A stretch of DNA of 56,579 nt, from positions 1 to 56,579 of the IMG/VR virus record IMGVR_UViG_3300038724_000006; one strand, 5' to 3'. The notes below the pieces were generated by a model that saw nothing but the letters and a program-made list of their open reading frames with translations, ran no database searches and had not been told where the DNA came from. Made by a program: the position numbers and the translations under genes. The stretch is from a virus (taxonomy: Duplodnaviria; Caudoviricetes). Numbering within the stretch: position 1 is the stretch's first letter; each line of letters opens with the position of its first letter. Below are positions 46,296-56,300 of the stretch, piece after piece.

Positions 46296-46956
46296 TACAG
46301 TACTGGTGATTGCCGCACATCCCGATGATGAAGTGTTGGGGTGTGGTGGCGCTATTGCGCGTCATACGGCATTAGGTGATCAAGTGCATGTGTTGTTTAT
46401 GGCAGATGGTGAAACGTCGCGTACCTCACTTGTTAAAGATTTAGAAGAAAAACGACGTCATGCAGCGCAGGGTGCGTTGGATGTTCTTGGCGTTGGCGAG
46501 CGTATTTTCCTTGATTGGCCCGATAACCGGTTAGATACGATTCCCATGCTTGATTTAGTACAAAGCATCGAGCCGGTCATCATGAGGCTTCGCCCAGATA
46601 TTATTTATACACATTTTGAAGGTGATCTGAATGTTGATCATCAGAAAACTGCTCGCGCCGTATTTACGGCGTGCCGGCCTCAGCCTGAATTTTCAGTGAC
46701 AAAAATTATATGTTTTGAGGTGTTGTCCAGTACCGAGTGGAATCCGACTCAACACTTTACCCCTAATTATTGGGTGGATGTATCGGATTATTTATTAGTC
46801 AAAGAAGAAGCATTATCCTTTTACGATACAGAAATGCGTGAGTATCCTCACTCTCGCTCTTATCAAAACATGCGGCAATTGGCCGGTGTACGAGGCGCAA
46901 CTATTGGTGTTGAGTACGCAGAGGCCTTTATGATTGTACGAATGATCGAGCGTTAA
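46288..46956 (+). CDS. PIG-L/LmbE family N-deacetylase
   Basis: AAHPDDEVLG, D.NVDH, SSTEW, YPHSRS. Confidence 0.92.
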   Translation: MTNTVLVIAAHPDDEVLGCGGAIARHTALGDQVHVLFMADGETSRTSLVKDLEEKRRHAAQGALDVLGVGERIFLDWPDNRLDTIPMLDLVQSIEPVIMRLRPDIIYTHFEGDLNVDHQKTARAVFTACRPQPEFSVTKIICFEVLSSTEWNPTQHFTPNYWVDVSDYLLVKEEALSFYDTEMREYPHSRSYQNMRQLAGVRGATIGVEYAEAFMIVRMIER

Positions 46957-46958
46957 TC

Positions 46959-47972
46959 ATGCAACGTGTCTTGATAGTGGGTTGTGGAAGAATTGCCGGT
47001 GGCTTTGATGAACACCGTGATCCAACACTTTTTGCACTAACGCATGCTGGTGCTTATAGCAAACGTGATGATGTTAAGGTGGTGGCGTGTGTTGATCCTA
47101 ACCTTGAGTTGGTGAAAGCCTTTGCTCAGCGCTGGAATATCCCTGCGATGTATTCTTCATTGGCAGAAATACCGCCCACAGAACAGTTCGATATTATCAG
47201 TGTGTGTGTGCCGACGGCTTTTCATGAGGAAACAATTTGTCAGGTGCTTGAGCTTTCTCCGCGTGCTTTATTTATTGAGAAACCTATTTCGATGTCAGCG
47301 GCCAACAGTACTGAGTTAATCTCACGCTGCAAAGATAAAGGTATTCCAGTATTGGTTAATTACAGCCGTCGTTGGGATACGCAAGTGAATACCTTCTTTG
47401 ATGAGCTTCGTTCAAGAAAATACGGCGAATTACGAAGTGTGGTGGCTATTTATAATAAGGGTATTCGTAATAATGGGTCTCATATTATCGATTTGTTATT
47501 CAACCTGTTTGGAACGCTTCAACCTATTTGGTCTGAGGTACGGCTTGCTAGTTCAGCTCATGAGACCACAGCTCATGAGACCACAACTCATGAGACAGTC
47601 CTAGATCCAGATATTAATGCAATTTTACGTGGGCCAAATCAGGAGAGCATACATCTAGTTTGCACTGATGCCACTGACTTCTCACAATTTGAATTACAGA
47701 TTTTAACCAGTGATGCTGAACTGCGAATGCTTGATGGCGGCGCACGCTGGTCGGTACGTAAAAAACAAGCCAGTCCGGAATTTTCAGGTTATTCCCGCTT
47801 AGGTGAGGAAGAGTATGTTTCGGGTGGTTACTTGCCCGTGATGGAAGCAGCCATTAAGCAGTTAACCTCAGATGTACACGCGAATGTGCTGTCGTATGGA
47901 TCGGCAGAGAGTGCATTACAGGTTGAAGAACTATGCGAACAATTGATTAGGCAGGCATATGAAAAACATTGA
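46959..47972 (+). CDS. Gfo/Idh/MocA family oxidoreductase
   Basis: IVGCGRIA, EKP, VNYSRRW, NNGSH..D. Confidence 0.9.
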   Translation: MQRVLIVGCGRIAGGFDEHRDPTLFALTHAGAYSKRDDVKVVACVDPNLELVKAFAQRWNIPAMYSSLAEIPPTEQFDIISVCVPTAFHEETICQVLELSPRALFIEKPISMSAANSTELISRCKDKGIPVLVNYSRRWDTQVNTFFDELRSRKYGELRSVVAIYNKGIRNNGSHIIDLLFNLFGTLQPIWSEVRLASSAHETTAHETTTHETVLDPDINAILRGPNQESIHLVCTDATDFSQFELQILTSDAELRMLDGGARWSVRKKQASPEFSGYSRLGEEEYVSGGYLPVMEAAIKQLTSDVHANVLSYGSAESALQVEELCEQLIRQAYEKH

Positions 47973-49260
47973 TGAGTTACGTGCTCAAACATTGGCTGAA
48001 GCTGGCGGGCAGCCTGTTATTCAAACACCGTTTCAGCGTTACAACAGTTTAGGCAAAGAAGAACAAGTCGCCGTACAGCAGGTAATGGAAAGCGGCGTGC
48101 TGTCGCAGTTTCTTGGATGTTGGCATGAAGATTTTTACGGCGGTTCAAAAGTTCGTGAGTTTGAAGCGGACTGCTGTGAATTCTTTGGTGTAAAACATGC
48201 GATTACCGTAAATTCTTGGACGTCTGGTTTAATTGCTGCTGTCGGCGCGTTAGATATTGAGCCGGGTGACGAGGTGATTGTTAGCCCGTGGACTATGTGT
48301 GCAAGCGCTACCGCTATATTGCAGTGGAATGCAATTCCTGTGTTCGCCGATATTGATCCGTTAACCTTTAATATCGACCCCGCGTCAGTACGCGCGAATA
48401 TTACTGAAAAAACCAAAGCCATTATGGCGGTCGATATTTTTGGACAGTCGGCGGATATGGATGCATTACGAGCCATCGCTGATGAATTTGATCTTAAAAT
48501 TATTTCAGATACGGCTCAGGCGCCGGGGGCTTTTTATAAAGGCAAACCCGCCAGTACGCTCGCAGATATTGGCGGCTACAGCTTAAATTATCACAAGCAT
48601 ATTCATACTGGTGAAGGTGGTGTGATTGTGACCAATGATGATGCGCTCGCTGAGCGTATGCGTTTAATTCGTAATCACGCAGAAGCGGTATTGCCGGATC
48701 GTGAAGCGATGCCCATTAACAATATGCTGGGCTATAACTTTCGCTTGGGTGAAATTGAATGTGCCATTGGTATTGAGCAGCTTAAAAAGTTACCGGCGCT
48801 GGTGGCGTCTCGGCAGCATTTGGCTGAACGCTTAGCGGATGGGCTTCGTGGTCTTGTGGGGTTAACGGTGCCTACGGTGGCAGAAGGGAATACGCATGTG
48901 TATTACATGTTTCCTTTATTGGTGGATACAACGCTTACAGGTTGCAGTAAACATGAATTGGCCAGCGCACTAAAATCCGAAGGTTTGGAGCTTGCGACTG
49001 TGTATCAGAATCTTCATTTACTGCCGATGTACCAGCAGAAAATTGCGTACGGTCATCATGGTTTTCCATGGACGGCTGAGTTTGCTCGTCAGTCGGTCAG
49101 TTATGAGAAGGGTATTTGTCCGGTGGCTGAAGAGATGAACGACACCAGCTATTTAGGTTTTGGTATGTGTACTTTTAGCCTAAGTGATGATGACGTTGAT
49201 TTGATTATCGAGGCCTTTCATAAAGTTTGGGCCCATAAAGTGGCCAGTCGCTCGGCGTAA
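47959..49260 (+). CDS. DegT/DnrJ/EryC1/StrS PLP aminotransferase
   Basis: NSWTSGL, SDTAQA, YSLNYHKHI.TGEGG, GYNFR. Confidence 0.92.
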   Translation: MKNIDELRAQTLAEAGGQPVIQTPFQRYNSLGKEEQVAVQQVMESGVLSQFLGCWHEDFYGGSKVREFEADCCEFFGVKHAITVNSWTSGLIAAVGALDIEPGDEVIVSPWTMCASATAILQWNAIPVFADIDPLTFNIDPASVRANITEKTKAIMAVDIFGQSADMDALRAIADEFDLKIISDTAQAPGAFYKGKPASTLADIGGYSLNYHKHIHTGEGGVIVTNDDALAERMRLIRNHAEAVLPDREAMPINNMLGYNFRLGEIECAIGIEQLKKLPALVASRQHLAERLADGLRGLVGLTVPTVAEGNTHVYYMFPLLVDTTLTGCSKHELASALKSEGLELATVYQNLHLLPMYQQKIAYGHHGFPWTAEFARQSVSYEKGICPVAEEMNDTSYLGFGMCTFSLSDDDVDLIIEAFHKVWAHKVASRSA

Positions 49261-49291
49261 CTTCACTCAGTATAATGTGGGGAGAATTTGT

Positions 49292-49864
49292 ATGGCACTA
49301 ACGACGATTAATAAGCTTTCATTACGAGAGCAATTTGAAGCGAATCTTATTGTGTCTAAAGGAGATATGCTTATTCGCACTTTCCAAGAGAAAGACATTA
49401 CGCCACGTTATATCTCTTGGTTGAATAATCCCGAGGTTGTCCGCTTTAGCAATCAACGTTTTATTACCCACACTGAATCAAGCTGTCAGAGTTTTTATCG
49501 TTCAATGGCATCATCGCCATCAAGCTTTCTTGCCATTGAGCATGCCGAGTATGGGCATGTTGGTACGCTGACTGTGCACTTTAATGATCATCATGGTACC
49601 GCTGATATGGGAATTTTGGTCGGTGAACCTTCCATCTGGGGAAAAGGGGTTGGCATTACCGCATGGATGCTTGCCATGACTACAGCATTGAAGATTCCAA
49701 GAATGCGTAAGGTGACTGCAGGTACATTAGCGTGTAATACAGGGATGCTATCTATTATGCGCAAGTCTGGGATGGTGATGGATGGCATTCGTGTGAATCA
49801 GGAGCTAGTGGAAGGCAGGCCCTACGATATGCATTATTACGCGTGTTTTTCTGATGATTCCTGA
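49292..49864 (+). CDS. RimJ/RimL-type GNAT N-acyltransferase
   Basis: YISWLNNPEV.RFS, GILVGE...WGKG.G, AGT...N.GM; ATG with GGAG RBS. Confidence 0.88.
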   Translation: MALTTINKLSLREQFEANLIVSKGDMLIRTFQEKDITPRYISWLNNPEVVRFSNQRFITHTESSCQSFYRSMASSPSSFLAIEHAEYGHVGTLTVHFNDHHGTADMGILVGEPSIWGKGVGITAWMLAMTTALKIPRMRKVTAGTLACNTGMLSIMRKSGMVMDGIRVNQELVEGRPYDMHYYACFSDDS

Positions 49865-50813
49865 AGATTATTTCTCTAAAGGCAATGTCTCTAAAGGCAA
49901 TGTTTCTGAAGGTCATGCTCCTAGAGGTCATGCTCCTAAAGGAAAAGTCGCTGTCATTGCTCATGATGCAGGCGCAGCGAATCAAATCATTCATTGGTTT
50001 ATTCAAGGTGATTTATCTCCAGAACTCGCCTATTTTTCCTTGTCTGGCCCTGCCTTAGTTTTGGCTAGAAAAGCGTTGGCTGAAAAGTCTGCATTCATTT
50101 TCCAAAATCATTCGATCACTGATGCCATCGCTCAATCTGATTGGGTATTGGCAGGCACGGGGTGGGCTAGCGAGTATGAAAAAGAAGGTATGGCGGAGGG
50201 GATTCGTCAGCATAAAATAACCATTGCCGTATTTGATCACTGGGTGAATTATGAACCCAGGCTGAAATATCAGGATCGCATTTTAGATATTGATCAAATT
50301 TGGGTAACCGATGTGTATGCTCAGGTATTGGCAGTAGATGTGTTTCCTGAGATTGTTACTCATGTAATGCCAGGGCGGTATTTAACCTATGAATCTAGCC
50401 GAGTACAGGGTGATGGGGTTAAAGGGAACATTCTTTTTTTAATGGAGCCGGTTAGAGTATCTTGGCAGGGGGTTGCTCATGGTGAGTTCCAAGCATTCCA
50501 GTTTTTTTTAGATCACCTAGCACTAATCTCAACGCACGCTCCATATAATATAATCATCCGTCCTCATCCGTCTGACCCTGAGGGTAAGTATCAAGCGTTA
50601 CTGCAAACAAGTGATGACTTTACGATCACAGTGTCGTCCGATACGTCCTTATATGAAGCACTCTCTACTGCTGAGGTTGTTGTCGGGCTAAATAGTTATG
50701 CCATGGTGGTGGCATTAGCGGCAGGACGAAAAGTATGTAGTGTCTTGCCTCCGACGGCCCCGGCGTGTGTTTTACCACAGCCGGGTATCATTGAGTTGCG
50801 CACACTGATTTAG
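49854..50813 (+). CDS. Glycan-locus protein, GT-B/CDP-glycerol transferase-like
   Basis: HDAGAAN, DHWVNY, IRPHPS, VVG.NSYAM. Confidence 0.6.
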   Translation: MIPEDYFSKGNVSKGNVSEGHAPRGHAPKGKVAVIAHDAGAANQIIHWFIQGDLSPELAYFSLSGPALVLARKALAEKSAFIFQNHSITDAIAQSDWVLAGTGWASEYEKEGMAEGIRQHKITIAVFDHWVNYEPRLKYQDRILDIDQIWVTDVYAQVLAVDVFPEIVTHVMPGRYLTYESSRVQGDGVKGNILFLMEPVRVSWQGVAHGEFQAFQFFLDHLALISTHAPYNIIIRPHPSDPEGKYQALLQTSDDFTITVSSDTSLYEALSTAEVVVGLNSYAMVVALAAGRKVCSVLPPTAPACVLPQPGIIELRTLI

Positions 50814-50822
50814 GCGAGTTAG

Positions 50823-52874
50823 CTACTCTGCGTAGAGATGCTCGTTCGAAACGATATCTTCACGAATCCAAGGGTCAGAGTTGTCGGGGTAATTTTTACT
50901 GGTGATACTGTGAAAGTGTTCAGGTAGGTCTTTCAAAAACCCTTCAAAGTTACTTTTCCACTCATTGATAAACTCAGTACGTTTGTTTGCATCATTAATG
51001 GATAAGGTGTGTGCGGCGGCGATGTTTAGGTAGTGCCAGACAGACCCCCTGAGAAAGAATGCTAGGTTGCCATATTTTGGGAATATTCCGGTCATTAAAT
51101 GCATATTAAGGTTGTGACATGTTTTGAATATTGATTCAGGGTCAGTGTGTTCAAAATGTTTTAAACATGTCAGCAGTGATGTCGCCATTTCTTTCAATGA
51201 CTTATCGAGAAAATTGATTCTTGCGCGTAATTCTTTTTGGTTAAATGGTGTACCAATAAGCGTGTCAATAAACTCTGAGATATTTTTATCTGGCTTCTCT
51301 GCAAAGTAGCTATGGATATCATCTGGCGTCCAGTATTCGGTATCGCAAATTTTTACCCCTTCAGAACAGGTAATGTTACGGCGATTCGCTTGTAAGCTAC
51401 GAATTTTCATTGATTGCTCAGCACTCATCCGCGAGGTGTTGTACATCGGTATGGTGTACATTTTTTCGCCGTGTACTGATTCGGTTTCTACCAAGCTTTC
51501 AAAGTTTCGCTTAATGGCGGATTGAATAGCGTCACTCATTTTGTCTGAGAAATAGATACTGGTTTTTGAGTGATGTTGAGTCCTTTCTGGAAAACCAAAG
51601 TCCATACCGTATAAAAAGATGTCTTGAATGCCAAAGTGCGTAGCGATAGCTATCCCGGTATTTGTACAAGTGGGTGTAGCACGGTGAACAATGTTCTCTT
51701 GTGTGGTGAACATTGTGGCTAGCGCGGTTGAGTCTTTCAAAAAATACGTTCTTCGTTCAAACAAAGAGAAGACATTCGGCGGAACTTGCAGTGCTGCAAT
51801 GAGTAGGGTGTTCTTGAAGAAGTCAGGGTTGATAATGTTTGATAGATGTTCATGAGTGAGCATGTGCGATTCTATTTCTACATGAATATCTGGAACCAAT
51901 CCACACGCCAGCAAGCTATGAACAGATGTGCCACAAGAAATTAACAGTACTTTATCGCGGTAGCGGGTGATTTCATTGACGCGCATATCAAACGAAGGCC
52001 CTGCCCCAACTATGATCGTAGGTAGGCTGGTATCTATGTCACTGAACTCCAGTGGGGAGATACCCGCCCCAATATTATGTAGGGCGTTATTGAGTTGATT
52101 AATCTCATCATCGTAGTAGCCCCACTGGTTGAGAAAGAAGTGCATATCTTCGCGGATACTATCAACCAGAGGTTGGTATGTCGCTGAATTGATGTGGTTG
52201 TAAAAAAGTGAGCAAAGCGGGTAACTAGGCCCGTAATTAATGAGTAGGTTCCATAATGCAGGGGCTGAAACTTCGGTGGTGGCTATTCCACCAGATGCGA
52301 TGAGCAAATCAATTTTTTGACCTTTCTTCTGAACTTCTTGGAATATGGATTCCCAGTCGGTGATGTATAAGCTAGCAAAGAAATATTCTGGGTCTGGCTC
52401 AAAAATAACAACATTAAGGATTTGAGTCTCTTTCACCATCTTATCTATGTGAATTCCTACCCCACAGCCAAAAAAGACCATTAACGGGTAAAAATCTGGA
52501 ATCGTGTAGTTAGCGGATAGATCAGATTCGCTTGGTATTTTTTGCGTTAATTCATGCATACGTTTCGAAAAGAAACGGTGGAAACCAAGTTCGCCAGGTA
52601 CTGGTGGGGTAATGGTCGCAATACTCGACCCTGGCGAAAAATGTTGGCGATACTTTTCTACTTCCTTTTCTGCAAAGGCATGAGCATCTCCTTCGTAAAG
52701 GCTAACACGGTCATCCCAGAGATCGACTTTACCGGTATCGCCATCAATATTAAGCGTCAAATGATTAAACGATTCCGTTAGGGCGGTTTGATATAGCGGC
52801 TGGTGATGCTTTTCGAAAAACGCCAGATTTTTGTCTTTCAGTGCCATTGCACCAGTAGCTCGGGGGTGTGACAT
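50823..52874 (-). CDS. maf: Motility-associated factor (Maf) flagellin glycosyltransferase, DUF115/MptE-like
   Basis: KNLAFF, FGCGVG.H, IVGAGPSFD, GLVPDIHVEIE, PTCTN, LYGMDFG; adjacent to flagellin and pse genes. Confidence 0.9.
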   Translation of the reverse strand: MSHPRATGAMALKDKNLAFFEKHHQPLYQTALTESFNHLTLNIDGDTGKVDLWDDRVSLYEGDAHAFAEKEVEKYRQHFSPGSSIATITPPVPGELGFHRFFSKRMHELTQKIPSESDLSANYTIPDFYPLMVFFGCGVGIHIDKMVKETQILNVVIFEPDPEYFFASLYITDWESIFQEVQKKGQKIDLLIASGGIATTEVSAPALWNLLINYGPSYPLCSLFYNHINSATYQPLVDSIREDMHFFLNQWGYYDDEINQLNNALHNIGAGISPLEFSDIDTSLPTIIVGAGPSFDMRVNEITRYRDKVLLISCGTSVHSLLACGLVPDIHVEIESHMLTHEHLSNIINPDFFKNTLLIAALQVPPNVFSLFERRTYFLKDSTALATMFTTQENIVHRATPTCTNTGIAIATHFGIQDIFLYGMDFGFPERTQHHSKTSIYFSDKMSDAIQSAIKRNFESLVETESVHGEKMYTIPMYNTSRMSAEQSMKIRSLQANRRNITCSEGVKICDTEYWTPDDIHSYFAEKPDKNISEFIDTLIGTPFNQKELRARINFLDKSLKEMATSLLTCLKHFEHTDPESIFKTCHNLNMHLMTGIFPKYGNLAFFLRGSVWHYLNIAAAHTLSINDANKRTEFINEWKSNFEGFLKDLPEHFHSITSKNYPDNSDPWIREDIVSNEHLYAE

Positions 52875-52902
52875 GCAGATTTCTCCTTATTTACTTAAAA
52901 GA

Positions 52903-52918
52903 AGCAGGGATCATGCCA
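52903..52918 (-). promoter_or_regulatory. Sigma54 promoter of maf
   Basis: Minus strand TGGCATGATCCCTGCT with GG-N10-GC spacing, 28 bp upstream of the ATG. Confidence 0.7.
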
Positions 52919-53206
52919 CTGGTTTTCTGACACATAGGCGTTTTACTCCAAGATGAATATGTTTTTTCAACACCACTTCGAGAGGTTTTTAGAAGGGTTG
53001 ATGTTTTGAAAAAATTCGATGTGTCATTCTTTTATCATTAAGGCTCCAAGATTGAGGCTTGTTAACACTTTTTTACAAACTTTTTTCACCTTGTTTTTTC
53101 TTCGCGTCAAAATATTTTTTCTATATAAAACAATGTGTTATTGCTTTTGATTGGCTTGTGTCAAGTATGTGTCGCTAAGGGGTAGGCGCTCTCCTTAAAT
53201 AATTTC

Positions 53207-53233
53207 TAAAGAACCTCAAGGAGACGCCGTTAA
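53207..53233 (+). promoter_or_regulatory. Sigma28 (FliA) promoter of flagellin
   Basis: TAAA-N15-GCCGTTAA versus consensus TAAA-N15-GCCGATAA. Confidence 0.88.
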
Positions 53234-53315
53234 AGGCTATGACAAAGTCAGGCTGAGCCGAACAGCATCGAATGGTGATGCCGGTTCTCTATGAAGCAGG
53301 TACAGGAGAAACACT

Positions 53316-56300
53316 ATGCCTCAAATTATTAATACCAACATTGCCTCGCTGAATGCTCAGCGTAACCTCGACAAATCGCAGTCTTCTAACCAGCAAGCTC
53401 TGCAACGTCTGTCTTCAGGTCTTCGTATTAACAGTGCGAAAGATGATGCGGCCGGTTTGGCGATTTCTACCCGTTTCACTTCTCAGATTAAAGGTCTAGA
53501 TGTTGCCGTGCGAAACGCCGGTGATGGTATCGCTCTTGCGCAGACTGCTGAAGGTGCACTGGGTTCTATTAACGAGTCACTGCAACGTATTCGTGAGCTA
53601 GCGGTTCAGTCTGCGAACGCCACGAACTCTGACGTTGACCGTGACGCACTTCAGTCGGAAGTGGATCAGCTGGTGGCTGAGATCTCTCGTACTGCTGATG
53701 AGACTGACTTCAACGGTCGTAAGTTGTTGGACGGTTCTTTCTCTGCGACTTTCCAGGTAGGCGCGAACGCTGGCCAGACGGTAGATATTTCTATCGGTGA
53801 GCTAACGGCTGACAAACTGGGTTCATCTTCTCAGTCTGGTTTAAGTGCACGTGGTACGGATCAATCACTGGGTAACGGTGACTTAACCATTAACGGCGTT
53901 GCTGTTCAGGCGTCTCGTGCTGAAGACGATACGTCTTCTACTTCTAATAACTCTGCATCGGCTATCTCTAAAGTTGCAGCGATTAACCGCGTTTCTGATG
54001 ATACTGGCGTGTCTGCGTTTGTTAACGACAACGTTGCGGCGGGTTCAACTCAGTCTCCAGAAGCAGGTACGGGTACCTTTAAGCTGAACGGTGTTGAGAT
54101 TTCTTTCTCTACCACTACAGACTCTGCGCAAACGCGTGCCGCGATTTCTCAAGCAATTAACGCGGTTGCTGAACAGACGGGTGTTAGCGCTGTAGATACT
54201 GAATCTGGTTCTACCGGTGTGAACTTGGTCGCTGAAGATGGTCGTAATATTCAGATTTCTGATGTGACTTTCTCAGGTACAGACTTTGCCGCAGCGACTG
54301 GTCTGGCTGAAGCGGGTACCTATGAAGGTGGTTACACTCTGATTGCTGATGGCGACCAGAAAACCATCGATATTTCTGGTGGTAACGGTACTGGCCGTGG
54401 TGATCTTGCAAACGCAGGTTTGACGGCTGGCAGCTACGACCGTGCTGAAGCGGTGTCTGTTTCCACAAAAGTGTCTGACTCTACTCAGTCAACAACTGTT
54501 GGCGGCGGTTCACTGGCGAATACTCTAGCCCGTGCTGATTCTGGTGGTACCTTCATTTCAGCAACAGCCGGTACGGCAACCAGTGTTGTAACCTCGACTG
54601 CAACCACCGCTCAGATTACTGATAGTGGTGCGTCAGTGACTATCACTCAGGGCACGACTGCAGTTACCTACTCGAATGCGGGTAACCAAGATATTTCTGC
54701 CTATGCAGATGCCGCAGAAACGGCAGCAACTACTGCGGGTATCGCTGTTAACTTCTTCGAGCAAGGTTCTCTGGATTTATCTTCATTGGATGTGGGTGAC
54801 TCGTTCACAATTGGTGCTGTAACCGTCAATGTTGCTGGTACGTCAGCCATCTTACGCGCAGAAAATGTTGTTGATCAGCTGAATGCGGGTGACTTCTCGG
54901 CAGACTTAGGTGCAACTGGCTTCTTGAATGCTGAGCTTCAAGGTACGGCTGGTGATGTTAATATTACCTTCCGTAATGAAACCAACTCACCGCTGACTGC
55001 TTCTCGCTCTACAGCCGGTGCTGTCACTCTGGGTGGTACAACCATCTCAACCACAGCGACGGGTACCATTATTACTGGTGAGCTAGGCTTCGCATCAACG
55101 TCAGCAACTGGTGAAGCGGTTGATGTTGTACTAACTGATGCAGCCGATGACCTTTTGGCAGCAAATGGGACTGTCACTGGTAGCTCGTCTTCGGGTGATG
55201 TACTGACCACGACCAATGAAACCAACATCAGTGTTTCAATCGGCGATACAGACGCATCTCCTGCAGCGCCATTGGCAGCGGGTTCTACGGTGGCTGAGTT
55301 GGCTCAAGCGGTTGACGGTGTTGCTGGTGTGAAAGCGTATGAAGAGATCACTCTGACGATTGATTCTTCAAACCTTGAGTCTGGTGAACAGCTACGTTTA
55401 TCTTCTGGCGCGACCAATATTGACGTAACGGCTACTCCAGACAGTGCGGGTAACTTTACCCTGCAAGGTCTCGCAGACGATATTAACGGAACGGATTTCT
55501 CAACAGCCAATATGGATGTATCGGCTGCCTACGATGCAGATTCTGGTGAAATCACCATGACTATCCGTAACTACAGTGCAAATACCGTGGGTATTGAATC
55601 TGAAGGCGCAAGCGGTGGCGGTATTACTGTTGCTGAAGGCGGCGGTACTACTGTTGGTGAGAACACACTCAACCTATCTGGTGAGCTGAAGTACTTCTCT
55701 GAAGATGGCCAAGACGTTAACGTGACCTTGTCTGATCCAACGACGGGTGGTGAGTTATTCACCGGTAAGAGCTCATCTTCAGACTACACAGGTGTGAACG
55801 GTCTTGAAGATGGTGACTTGCTGATCAACGGTGTAACCATTGGTGCGGCGGATGTGAATGCGGATAAGGCATCAGCAACTGTATCTTCTGATGGTGCTAA
55901 GATCCTGTCTTCTGAGAAATCTCAGTCGGCGATTGCGATTGCTGCAGCCATCAACAAGGTATCTGATGAGACTGGTGTAACAGCCAACGTTAATGCTACC
56001 GAGGTGGTGGGCGGCGATGGTACGAACATCGACCTTACTCAGTTTGAGGAAGGCGACCAAGCGGGTATTTATATCAACGGTGTTGAAGTAGGTACAGTGA
56101 CACTTCAGGCTGACGGTGGCGGTACGCTGGATTCAGACCGGGCACGTGCTGATGCCTTGAACTTGATCAATCAGAACGCTGGTAAGACGGGTGTGACTGC
56201 AACAGACAATGGTGTTTCTCTAACACTGAGTGCTGCGGATGGTCGTAACGTCTCTATCGCGATTGATGATAAGTCAGGTTCTAGCGCTTCGATTGGTGCA

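Noticed and set aside
53899-56060. Short ORFs listed in the track over the last 3 kb
   Set aside because: Alternate-frame or antisense shadows of the single flagellin ORF, which the track missed because its stop is outside the window
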